The notes beneath the pieces are model-generated. The model saw only the letters and a program-made list of their open reading frames with translations. It had not been told where the DNA came from and did not search any database. Shown here piece by piece: positions 47,701 through 55,577 of a DNA stretch of 64,000 bases. The DNA comes from a virus, in IMG/VR virus record IMGVR_UViG_3300044972_000601, positions 32,001 to 96,000 of that record. One strand, 5' to 3'. A program made the position numbers and the translations under genes. Numbering within the stretch: the first letter of the stretch is position 1; every line of letters begins with the position of its first letter.

Positions 47701-49958
47701 ACTTTTAGTCCAATTGCACAAGATCCAAATGTAGTGACGTTTTGAATATACGGACTACGGCGTGAAATCCATACGCTAGCATCATCTGGGCCTGCACCTG
47801 GATCTAAACTTGCATATGCACCTGCTGTGGGACGCTGTGTTCCATAACTGTTTGCTGCACCTAGTGTGCCGCTTAATCCTTGCAATGTACAATTACGCAG
47901 GCCAGAGCCGTTTCTCATGTAGAACATATTGCTGGTTGTGTATCCGCTGGAGGGTTGAATTACAGTTGATCGCAATTCGTCGCCAATAATTGCACAGTTT
48001 TCAGGAATACTAATAGGCAGTACTTCGGAATAAACACCAGACTTAACATAAATTGAACTAGTGTATCCTGTCGTTGGCAACGGAATACCAGCTGTGTCTA
48101 CTGCGGTTAATGCGTTAATAACAATATCAAACAATGCTCCTGCCGCAGTTGTTGCACCAGCTTCTGATGTGTAAGACAAGTTAATCACTTGATTAACTGC
48201 TGGAGTATAACTGGTTAATGTTTGGTAGTTAGTACCTGGAGCAGTATTTGTTAATGCATTAGTAACAATATTAATTTTTAATCTTTGTAGCAATGCAATA
48301 ATAAACGGCATTGCTGATGTTGTGGCTGCATTAACAAATGTAGTGGAAGTAGCAAAATACATCATTGTTGCATTTACAGTGTTAGTATTACTTCCACTAC
48401 GTAAATCTTGAGTGATAGCATCTAAAATAATTCTTGAATCACGCAATGTTTTTACACCGTCATATACTGAGCCCGGTGCAAACGGTGCAATACTAGTTGT
48501 TTTAGCATATTCGCCATACTGATACATTTCACGAACGGCCCAGTTAACGTTTTCGCCAAACAAATAGATAGCATTGGGAAATAATGTTCCCGCTGCAACT
48601 TGAGAGCAAGCGTAGGCAATAGTTGCCCATGGCTTGTCAAGTGTTTTACCTTGATCAGTTGCTGCGGTGTCTGTACCACCAACAGCAACATAATAAACAT
48701 TGTTAATATTACCAAATGTGTTCCAGTATAAGTTTGTTCCCTGTACTGTCAACACTTGACCGTCGGTACCGATAGGCAATCTTGCTGGGCCTGCGCCGCT
48801 GTAATATAGCGTGTCGCCTTGTGTTGTTAACACCGCAGTTTCCGATCCAGCAGCCAACAAGTTCCAATAAGTACCAACTAAATCAACAGTTGGTTTGTTT
48901 GTTGCAGTGGCAGCAGTGTGGCCCAACACGCAAACATATGTGTTTACACCATCCTTGATTGAATCCCCAAGTTTATATGCAGTGCCATTTGTCCATGCAC
49001 CTAACCACTGATATCCTGGGTTTAACAATTCCCAGTATGTGCCGTTTGGTGGTTCGTTGTTGGTGTGATCTAGTTTTGATAGATATGTATAACCATTTAA
49101 TCTCACAACATCGCCTACTTTGTAAGCAGTTGCTCCAGACCAGTTGCCAATAAAGTTGAATCCTGTGCTTAACACAGTCCAATACAATGTTGCTGTACTA
49201 GGAGTTTGATTTGTATGATTTTGCAGAGCCACATAACTATAGCCGCCGTATGTAACAACATCGCCTTTTTGGTAAGTTGTTACACCACTCCATGTGCTTT
49301 CAAATTGCAAACCTTCTACAAATATTGCCCATTTGGTATCGTCAAATGTGCCAGCAGATGTGTGGTATGTTGTGCAAATCCATAAATCAGCACCGTACTT
49401 GACAACATCATTAAGTTTGTAACGTGTTGTGCCTGACCAGTCTGTTTTATAGTCAAAACTTCTGTTGACTAAATCCCAAGATGATGTATCACCTTCTAAT
49501 CCTATTGAAGTAGATTGGCTAGTATGTGCGGCATTACAAATGTAAACCGATGCTCCGTACTTGACAACATCTCCAACTTTGTATGTTGTAGTTTGTGACC
49601 AAGATCCAGTCCAATTAAATGCACTGGCAAACAGTGTCCAGTTGCTTTGATTTGTTTCTAATGTAGTACTGCTGGTATGACCTGTGTTACAAATATAAAC
49701 GCGGCCGCCATATTGCACAAGGTCATTAATATTGTAATATGTAGGAGTGGTCCAAGTGCCTCTCCATGTTTGGCCGTCGGCGGTAATGTTCCACTTTGAT
49801 GCTAAATCAGTATAAAAATCTGCCGAGCTTGTGTGCCCTGTGGTACAAATATATACTTTACCACTAACTCTAACTACGTCGTCTTTTACGTATGTGGTAG
49901 TTCCCGCCCAGACACCTTTCCAGACAAATCTAATCCTACCTAATTTAAACTCTGCCAT
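41706..49958 (-). CDS. Giant tail fibre/baseplate-associated protein (2750 aa)
   Basis: N-terminal W.G.W...T.Y..DVV.YG repeats, a beta-helix-like core, propeller-type W.SVAYG.GRFVAV repeats and many inserted beta domains; paralog of 50003..53677; GATAAATA at 49985-92. Confidence 0.8.
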   Translation of the reverse strand: MAEFKLGRIRFVWKGVWAGTTTYVKDDVVRVSGKVYICTTGHTSSADFYTDLASKWNITADGQTWRGTWTTPTYYNINDLVQYGGRVYICNTGHTSSTTLETNQSNWTLFASAFNWTGSWSQTTTYKVGDVVKYGASVYICNAAHTSQSTSIGLEGDTSSWDLVNRSFDYKTDWSGTTRYKLNDVVKYGADLWICTTYHTSAGTFDDTKWAIFVEGLQFESTWSGVTTYQKGDVVTYGGYSYVALQNHTNQTPSTATLYWTVLSTGFNFIGNWSGATAYKVGDVVRLNGYTYLSKLDHTNNEPPNGTYWELLNPGYQWLGAWTNGTAYKLGDSIKDGVNTYVCVLGHTAATATNKPTVDLVGTYWNLLAAGSETAVLTTQGDTLYYSGAGPARLPIGTDGQVLTVQGTNLYWNTFGNINNVYYVAVGGTDTAATDQGKTLDKPWATIAYACSQVAAGTLFPNAIYLFGENVNWAVREMYQYGEYAKTTSIAPFAPGSVYDGVKTLRDSRIILDAITQDLRSGSNTNTVNATMMYFATSTTFVNAATTSAMPFIIALLQRLKINIVTNALTNTAPGTNYQTLTSYTPAVNQVINLSYTSEAGATTAAGALFDIVINALTAVDTAGIPLPTTGYTSSIYVKSGVYSEVLPISIPENCAIIGDELRSTVIQPSSGYTTSNMFYMRNGSGLRNCTLQGLSGTLGAANSYGTQRPTAGAYASLDPGAGPDDASVWISRRSPYIQNVTTFGSCAIGLKVDGALHNGGNQSIVANDFTQVIDNGIGAWITNQGRAELVSVFTYYAHIGYLAEHGGKIRATNGNNSYGKFGSVSEGVNSSETPITATVNNRAVQAVVGNTFTSGASIYRLEYSNAGNAYPNSGTTFTFNSANGINATAVGDEVRDNAVFENRMLTTGAGFVSATNTAQSGTTTTIIIAGSDTAVSASYLGMRLLITSGLGVGQFGYIAFYNAGGKQAYIAKESFTALTASAVTATGALVTVASTLTLYVNQPIVFTGTAIGGFAVATVYYVQAITSATQFAVSATSGGAAISTGLTDVTASTMIVNAAGWDHVVVGTAISATMDSTTTYSIEPRVTFTAPSFATTSRTMPGTATNWSSTTYASGRFVAVSSSDGNSAYSVDGANWSAMTGLSSASAYVGVASGAISATTYFVTVAGTAATTVAYSSTNGTSWTAMTGLQSGTWTSVAYGNSRFVAVGNGTVTAYSANGTSWNNGGSVANANYIAVAYGTGPERFVAITGGTVLSQATAYSVDGAAWTAGALPQTAYWTSIAWGNGRFVAVAQGGTATAYSTDGITWTTPNTVLPFSYAWKNVAYGQGSFLATAAYLTPTVTAAYTGSNQITLSSTAGMATGQAWTPTVASQTTNATATTRAVASLNSSGTIGITGAGNVLTPGSANQGTVATGMVVTGNNVQTAQNIAVTGVTGSGSTVTVTYAQQTEALTGVVIAGTAGQFTCTATASALQVGQLVTVSGTLGGTGSITGYANPTTYFINKTNNNSTGFQLSGGTAAAGQTFTGNGTSALAMASTTNIQAGIPIYFTGANLATIGLVANTPYYVLSVVASTSITISSVPGGTALTFTAGTAATSVYVVPTVGVVTTTGTPTGLTYTYVKPVPFVSGQTIDLQGVAPIAYNGSYTVTGQPTATSVTFAGTTTTAYVSGGTVFSKPLYITGSNSFTSTSSSVSGVTLTVGGTITGTVAVGQAISGPVVTNNFAEVKNGVLSLQGTSVGTPAAGAYVSGPNITGASYTIAASAPSSFFGGITAGTAVTFTASIAPVSATDVGLGGIMSVTSAPSGTGIVVGYVISGTGVTGGTYVSAGLSGTATSNPSTWLVNLSQTVTSTTITATPITLNVSGVGSGTVVPGTVISWTNGFVAQSLAINNVNGNGLSATVTFSSVQASAPFATGQAITITGNANSNFNGTFKVTACSASICTFDSATSATGAGGTVVSAGSFVTANGTGTGGSGTYFISPAPTATVGGGTLFAGQHYTLTQPVLANVNIIGTGGQFNCDATTLAVGMTITISGTLGGTGSITSYANPTTYYVIATNGRTTFTLSTTSNVNPNVTTGVVTTIGTPTGLTYTLGYVSYQNNAIKLDNLTGYITALGSGSGGAGTYTVSSAIGATGSIAISGSSYSLNASQTVTTPGLITGTNNLITVDSSTGMAVGESFVTDVSGAFGGLSNSTTYFVTAVPSATTVAVSASFGGTNLAVTTATGTQAITAGAAFGGLTSATTYYVVSINQTNSQIQVSTSATLTPITTISSNVGGNWTSVTGAGAGATSPDGINWTPRTLSNASWNALTFGNTSTSFTGSITGTTLTVTSTPTGSGIITGAVLNGVGVIAGTTITANLTGTQFGSSSTWTVDTSHAVSTGSTTITSAAPTWAVIASSSTSALSIPNFTRAEARAVVTSGQISSFRIYEPGSGYTTPPTITLGDPNATSTATYTVRTGIGVLGNPTFTNRGTGYTSSTTTISGSGYADIFQNNQYMNVSGMTAIPTLGSNIQFAGNSSYYKLVTVSSQTGTPGNYSATLQISPVMTIALAPVHGVAITMRILYSQTRLTGHDFLSIGTGPIATTNYPNTPLQAADIANETVEAGGGRVFYTSTDQDGNFNVGDLFTVQQSTGIATLNANAFNLSGLQTLQLGSVTLGSSNTSISQFSTDATFSANSDTIVPTQKAIRAYVASQIGGGNSTVNVNTLVAGTIEITGSQIRNTAGTQINIKNKANFTQGIDGSPLALNYFLLR

Positions 49959-50002
49959 ATTCTACTCCAGATTTAAGTTCTAAATATTTATCAATATACA
50001 TT

Positions 50003-53000
50003 TTAACGTGCTCCGCTTGATATAAATGAAGCTGTTGCCAACATATTACCACTTACTCCACCTGTAAAATTAACTTTACTTTTAAAATTAATTGCAGTAC
50101 CAAGAGTGTTTGTTATTTGATTTGATGTTGCAATTTTAATTTGGCCCGCTGTTGCTTCGTTAACATTTACGTTTGCACCGCCTCCACCAATTCTACTTGC
50201 AATATATGATTTAATTGCTCGCTGTGTTACTAATACATTGTCGCTGTTTGCAGGCAATGTTGCATCTGTTGAGATTTCAGTAACTGTTGCACTAGTTCCA
50301 CCAAGCACAATGCCGCCCAGTGTTAATTGAGAAAGCCCGTTAAGTTGGAAGAAGCTGGCATTTAATGTTGCTGTTCCGCTGGCTTGTTCAACTTTAAACA
50401 AGTTACCAACACGGAAGTTACCGTCTTGATCTGTTGCTGTGTAGAACACTCGGCCACCACCACTTTCTACTGCCAGGTTTTGCGGTTTAACTTCGCTTAC
50501 GTCGATATTTGGATAATTTGTCTCAGCGGTATTTCCTGTACCAATTTCTAAGAAATCGTGTCCAGTTAATCGTGTTTGGCTATAGTTAGTTGTAATAGTA
50601 ACTGTTTGACCTTGTGGTGGTGCTTCGGCTAACAATATTTCAGGATAAACGGTAAATCTAGCAGAGTATGGACCAGTTCCTGTTATATGTTCGGCTGCTA
50701 CCAATCTAAAATTAGTGCTTGTACTAAGAAAGTTTACGTTTGCTCCAGGGCCAGGAACCGATGTAAGGCCACTAACATAAAGGTATGAACCGTATTGGTA
50801 CGCATCTTGGTAGCCAGTGCCGCCGGTAATAATTGCACTTGATGTCAAATATCCAGTTCCTCTATTACTAAAAGTGGGCGTAGCCAATACTCCGTTTCCG
50901 ATCCTAATTTGATACTCTACTCCAGAACCATTTGGATCACCGATAACTATTGTTGGTGCAGATGCGTATCCGGAGCCAGGTTCAAATACTCTAAATTTAC
51001 TAATCCGGCCAGATGTTACCACGGCTCTTGCTTGTGCTCTAGTTCCAGACCCTGGAGCACTAAATGTGATTCTAGGTTCAATACTGTACTGGCTTGTGGT
51101 ATCAAGATCTACCACTGCATTAACACTTTGCATAGCATCCCAACCAGCTGTTCCGTTACTTTCTTTTAATATAGTGGCTAATTTAGTTGTTGCACTGTAT
51201 GAACTAATATATCCGTATTGTCCTGCACCTCTTCCTGAAATAATAACAATACGCATTCCTAGATAGTTACTTTGCACATTTGAATCTCCCGCTGAAAGAT
51301 AAATTGTTCCAGAAGATCCGCTACCTGCCTGTGCATAATTAATAACACTTAAATAGCCACCACCGCCGTAACTGCCAGACGAAGTTATGTCTGTTAATCT
51401 AATTTCGTATACTCCACCATCTCTTACTACAGCAGTGCTAGATGCGGCACTTAATCCTGAACCAGTAAATGAAAATGTTGTTGAACTGTCATAACTAACT
51501 CCTGCATTGTCATATTCAAATCCTAAAATCTTAGAACCGTCTGTGAATACAAAACCAACAACTGCATGCGACCCACCGTTGTTAATTGTTCCTAGGATAG
51601 GAGTCTCCGTTGCCAGCGTGCCTTCTGCTACTGACCCAAAATCTCCGTAGCTATTGTTGCCGTTAGTGGCACGAATTTTGCCGCCGTTTTCCGCCAGATA
51701 TCCAATGTGTGCATAATACGTGAATACTGAAACTAATTCAGCACGGCCACCGTTAGTAATCCACATACCAATGCCATCACTAATTACCTGTGTGAAGTCG
51801 TTGGCCACAATAGATTTGTTGCCCCCACCATGTAACGCACCGTCTACCTTCATGCCAATACAGCCAGTTCCAAAAGTTGTAACGTTCTGCACGTAAGGAC
51901 TACGATATATAATTTGTGCTGCTGAATCTGCAATGCCGGTTGGATCCAAACTTACATACGCACCGGCTGTGGGGCGTTGTGTTCCAAAACTATTTGCTGT
52001 ACCTAGTGTACCTCTCAATCCCTGAAGTGTCATATTTTTTAGAACAGTACCATCCCGCATATAAAACATATTACTAGTTGTGTAGCCAGTCGTTGGTTGA
52101 ATAACGGTTCCTCTTAACTCATCTCCAACTAGTGCAACATTGGATTGTATAGTGATAGGCAGCTCTTCTGAATATACGCCAGATTTAATGTATATAGTTG
52201 CTGTTCCAGTTACATTATTACAAGCATATTTGACAGTTCTAAACGGTTTGTCTAATGAAGTACCGTAACCTGGTGCATCAGTTCCTGCCAGTGAAACATA
52301 ATAAACTTTTGTTCTAACGCCCCATAGTCCCCATACTGGACTATTACCAGATACTTTTAATACTTGTCCGTCAGTGCCGGCTGCTAATCTAGTTTTGGCA
52401 CCTGCATTATAATAAATCATATCAGCAGGGCTGGTCATTACGTTGGTTGTTGTACCTTGTACTAGAATAGTCCAGTAAGTACCAGTGGTGCCGCCGCCAA
52501 TATCAGTATCTGGTCTACTGCCAGCTGTTGCTCCGTGGGCCAAGGTGCATTGAAATGTGCTAGGACCGTAGCCAACAATATCGCCTAATTTGTATTGAGT
52601 TGCAGTTGGGATTAGGTCTGTTGTTAGCTCGAACCACGGGCCTCGCCATTTTGAACCTTGGTTAACTACTTTCCAATAACCTACATTTGGAGGTTCTTGA
52701 AGTGTATTATCTGCTGTAGCAACATACAAGTAGCCGCCTACTCTCACAACGTCACCTACTTTGTATTGAATAGCAACTGGAGATGGGCCGCTGGTAGTGG
52801 CTACATAATCTCCTACAAAATTATAGTTTGCTACTACAATAGACCAATAACTCAAATTGTTAAACGGTGTTTGATTTTCATTATTTTGCTCTGCACGATA
52901 TGCATATCCACCATAAGATACAACATCGCCGCGTTGATACGGTGTTATATTATCCCATGTTGCAGATTCAATTTGTAAACCATCTAAATACACTGACCAA

Positions 53001-53677
53001 TTGGCTAGATTAGCGGCAAATGCTGTTGCGGTATGACCTGCTGTGGCAATCCATAACGATCCACCATATTTGACTACATCGTTAACTTTGTAACGAATGG
53101 CAGTGGTCCAAGTACCCTTAAAATCATTTTGTTGATATACAACTTGCCAGACTCCAATGTCTGCTTCTAAACCGCTGGCATACGATGCCACACTATTGTG
53201 AGGAGCTGTACATCTGTACACAGTGGCACCGTATTTTACAAGGTCGTTAATTTTATATCGTGTGCTTGTTGTCCAATCTTGTGTCCAGTAATCTGATTTG
53301 GCCACTGTTTCCCATCTGGAAATATTAGCCTCCAATCCCGAAATGGTGTCAGGGCCTGCAACACCCGAAGTTGTTATGCCGCTGCTGGTATGCGATAACA
53401 AGCATCTGTAAACAATGCCGTTGTAACGAACCAAGTCACCTGGATTGTACAATGTGCTAGTAGCCCAAGTACTTCTCCAAGCATATCCGTCTAACATCAG
53501 TACCCATGTTGCAGCTGCCAATGCAGGTGCAAATGTAGAGCCGCTGGTATGTGTAACAAAACAAATGAATGTTTTGCCGCCGTACGCTACTACATCGTCT
53601 TTGACATATTCTGTGGCAGCAGCCCAGTTACCTTTCCAGGTATATCTAATTCTTGCTATTTTAAAATCTGTAGTCAT
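50003..53677 (-). CDS. Fibre/baseplate-associated protein (1224 aa), paralog of the giant fibre
   Basis: Shares the N-terminal repeats, SIVANDFTQVI..GIG.WITN.GRAELVSVFTYYAHIGYLAE.GGKIRATNGNNSYG and YSQTRLTGHDFL.IGTG. Confidence 0.8.
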   Translation of the reverse strand: MTTDFKIARIRYTWKGNWAAATEYVKDDVVAYGGKTFICFVTHTSGSTFAPALAAATWVLMLDGYAWRSTWATSTLYNPGDLVRYNGIVYRCLLSHTSSGITTSGVAGPDTISGLEANISRWETVAKSDYWTQDWTTSTRYKINDLVKYGATVYRCTAPHNSVASYASGLEADIGVWQVVYQQNDFKGTWTTAIRYKVNDVVKYGGSLWIATAGHTATAFAANLANWSVYLDGLQIESATWDNITPYQRGDVVSYGGYAYRAEQNNENQTPFNNLSYWSIVVANYNFVGDYVATTSGPSPVAIQYKVGDVVRVGGYLYVATADNTLQEPPNVGYWKVVNQGSKWRGPWFELTTDLIPTATQYKLGDIVGYGPSTFQCTLAHGATAGSRPDTDIGGGTTGTYWTILVQGTTTNVMTSPADMIYYNAGAKTRLAAGTDGQVLKVSGNSPVWGLWGVRTKVYYVSLAGTDAPGYGTSLDKPFRTVKYACNNVTGTATIYIKSGVYSEELPITIQSNVALVGDELRGTVIQPTTGYTTSNMFYMRDGTVLKNMTLQGLRGTLGTANSFGTQRPTAGAYVSLDPTGIADSAAQIIYRSPYVQNVTTFGTGCIGMKVDGALHGGGNKSIVANDFTQVISDGIGMWITNGGRAELVSVFTYYAHIGYLAENGGKIRATNGNNSYGDFGSVAEGTLATETPILGTINNGGSHAVVGFVFTDGSKILGFEYDNAGVSYDSSTTFSFTGSGLSAASSTAVVRDGGVYEIRLTDITSSGSYGGGGYLSVINYAQAGSGSSGTIYLSAGDSNVQSNYLGMRIVIISGRGAGQYGYISSYSATTKLATILKESNGTAGWDAMQSVNAVVDLDTTSQYSIEPRITFSAPGSGTRAQARAVVTSGRISKFRVFEPGSGYASAPTIVIGDPNGSGVEYQIRIGNGVLATPTFSNRGTGYLTSSAIITGGTGYQDAYQYGSYLYVSGLTSVPGPGANVNFLSTSTNFRLVAAEHITGTGPYSARFTVYPEILLAEAPPQGQTVTITTNYSQTRLTGHDFLEIGTGNTAETNYPNIDVSEVKPQNLAVESGGGRVFYTATDQDGNFRVGNLFKVEQASGTATLNASFFQLNGLSQLTLGGIVLGGTSATVTEISTDATLPANSDNVLVTQRAIKSYIASRIGGGGANVNVNEATAGQIKIATSNQITNTLGTAINFKSKVNFTGGVSGNMLATASFISSGAR

Positions 53678-53686
53678 AGTTTACTC

Positions 53687-54052
53687 TTAACTTGAAATAC
53701 CTGTTGGGTATGTGTATTTTGTGTTTATTCTAGCTACTAACTGGCCAGCTTCATCAACGTAATAATAAATTCTGCGATTGTCCCAGCGATATTGTTCATA
53801 CAATAAGTTTTCATAAACGATGTTATGATACACATCACGGCCTTCATAGAAGTCTGTACCTGTATCAAAGTCTTCGTAATTATTTTCAATATCACCGACT
53901 GCATTGACTGACAGTGTGTCTAATCTACTCATTTGATCAACCAGTGTGAGAGTAATTTCGCCATCGTCGTTGCGTTTAATGCCCATGAAGTATCGAGGTT
54001 GAGATCCAATCAGTTCATCTTGACTACGTCCAAAAAAGTAATTGCTATTCAT
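53687..54052 (-). CDS. Hypothetical virion protein
   Basis: 121-aa ORF in the structural operon with an AGGA SD. Confidence 0.6.
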   Translation of the reverse strand: MNSNYFFGRSQDELIGSQPRYFMGIKRNDDGEITLTLVDQMSRLDTLSVNAVGDIENNYEDFDTGTDFYEGRDVYHNIVYENLLYEQYRWDNRRIYYYVDEAGQLVARINTKYTYPTGISS

Positions 54053-54062
54053 ATCGGTTCCT

Positions 54063-54392
54063 TTATGCTATTTCAGCGTAACTGGCAATAACATCTAAAC
54101 TTGCGGCGGTGTCGCTAATAACACTTAAACTACAACTGTTGCCTAAAATAATCTTTTCGCCATTCTGTACTAATTTTGCCGAGGTATAGGGTGGTATAAT
54201 AAGTTGTTTTATATAATAACCCTTGGTTGAAGTAGCATCTGTAATGTACACATCCACAATAACATCATAGTCAACGATGTTTGCCACACTTAATCCAATA
54301 AGTGTAAAAATGTTAGAAGGAGTTGTTGACAAAATTGTCGTTTCAACGGTTCCTATTTCTTTTTCAACTGTTGTTCTAAAATAAGTCGTCAT
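54063..54392 (-). CDS. Small beta-sandwich virion protein
   Basis: TLIGLSVAN...V.VDV...Y.IK...IPP..S...VQNGEKIIL...L.V.SDTAASLDVI.SY.EI. Confidence 0.6.
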   Translation of the reverse strand: MTTYFRTTVEKEIGTVETTILSTTPSNIFTLIGLSVANIVDYDVIVDVYITDATSTKGYYIKQLIIPPYTSAKLVQNGEKIILGNSCSLSVISDTAASLDVIASYAEIA

Positions 54393-54397
54393 TTCTA

Positions 54398-55456
54398 TTA
54401 TCCAAATATTAAGGCAGTTTGAATGCCAATGTCTGTGGCCACGTTAGCAGTAACACCTGCGGCTGCACCAGCAACACTAATCCAGGCAGTGCCGTTCCAA
54501 ATTTCAACAAGAAACAATTCGTTGTTGTAACGCATCATGCCAGTTTCAACATATATGCCAGTTGGTCTTGCGGCAACAGATCCTACTGGAATTACAACAC
54601 CACGGGTGCCAGCAATTTTTATATAGCCGTTATTAGTTTCAACAAATTCAGTTACTGCGTTATTAGAAATATTTGTAATTGTATTATTAAAAATCTTAAT
54701 ATTTCCAAGAACTACTCCGCCTGTTCCGCTAGTTGTAAAATTAATATTAGTGTCAGCTGTTTTAGCACTGATAGTATTGCCAGTAATTTCTAAATTAACT
54801 GTTTGAAAATTATCAGCTGTGAAATTAGTTGTTGTGATGCTGGATACTGTAACCGCATCACTGTACACGCCCGCCCATTTTAAAGATGGCGTACCAAGTG
54901 TAAACTGATTGTTCTGACTAGGAATAATGTCACTACCAATTTCGCCTTCAAAGTCAACAACATCTGTAGTTTGATTACCTAATGTGATATTTCCGTTGGC
55001 AGTAATATTACCAGTGGCATAGATATCACCGTTAACATACACATTACCGTTGACATTAACTTGTCCTGAGCCAGCAGTTGTGATATTTAAATCTTGATTA
55101 GTTCCCAGCGTGGCAATTGTGTTGCCGCTGATTTCAAGTGCAGTTCCGATTAATGCACGGCCTTGATACACAACGCCGTTTGCACCACTTGGTACAAAAT
55201 TAATTGTTGAACTTGAACTGCTTATTGTGTTATTTACAAGAGTAAAACTGGCAAGCTGTGCTTGATTATTTACTTCAAGGTTTGTTGATTTTGTTGTGCC
55301 GTTGACATCGAGTGTGTACTGGGGAGATGCGTTATTAACACCAATTTTATGGCTTGTGACATCTAAGTAAAGTAGGCTCGTCTCAAAGGCCAGATTCACT
55401 CCATTACGAAGTAAATTATCCTTTAAGAGCGGACCTGAGATACGACCAACAGCCAT
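54398..55456 (-). CDS. Virion fibre protein
   Basis: GRISGPLLKDNLLRNG..LAFET.LLYLDV N-terminus; I.GNTI...N.D.N..T.G.G repeats; IP.G....RP....GM.RYN..EIWNG..W. Confidence 0.7.
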   Translation of the reverse strand: MAVGRISGPLLKDNLLRNGVNLAFETSLLYLDVTSHKIGVNNASPQYTLDVNGTTKSTNLEVNNQAQLASFTLVNNTISSSSSTINFVPSGANGVVYQGRALIGTALEISGNTIATLGTNQDLNITTAGSGQVNVNGNVYVNGDIYATGNITANGNITLGNQTTDVVDFEGEIGSDIIPSQNNQFTLGTPSLKWAGVYSDAVTVSSITTTNFTADNFQTVNLEITGNTISAKTADTNINFTTSGTGGVVLGNIKIFNNTITNISNNAVTEFVETNNGYIKIAGTRGVVIPVGSVAARPTGIYVETGMMRYNNELFLVEIWNGTAWISVAGAAAGVTANVATDIGIQTALIFG

Positions 55457-55557
55457 TTACGCTCCTTTGTACACCGAGTTTCACGGATAACCACCTTACA
55501 TAGCGGGTTTACCACTGTTGAATATCGTAAAAACTTGGTCAGTCTTTACAGTAATAG
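55457..55557 (-). promoter_or_regulatory. Structured ~100-nt 5' leader downstream of late box AATAAATA (55558-65)
   Basis: 9-bp hairpin at 55527-49 plus two overlapping alternative hairpins (55485-513 and 55474-86) just upstream of AGGAG. Confidence 0.45.
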
Positions 55558-55577
55558 TATTTATTATATTTTGGTTT

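Noticed and set aside
42075-53690. Many 60-125 aa plus-strand ORFs rich in Val/Pro/Ala
   Set aside because: Antisense to Thr/Gly/Ala-rich fibre genes, whose codons rarely give stops on the opposite strand; no SD or recognisable motifs.
55474-55549. Hammerhead ribozyme (CUGA... and GAAAC present)
   Set aside because: CUGACCA does not match the CUGANGA core, and I could not build the three-stem junction.
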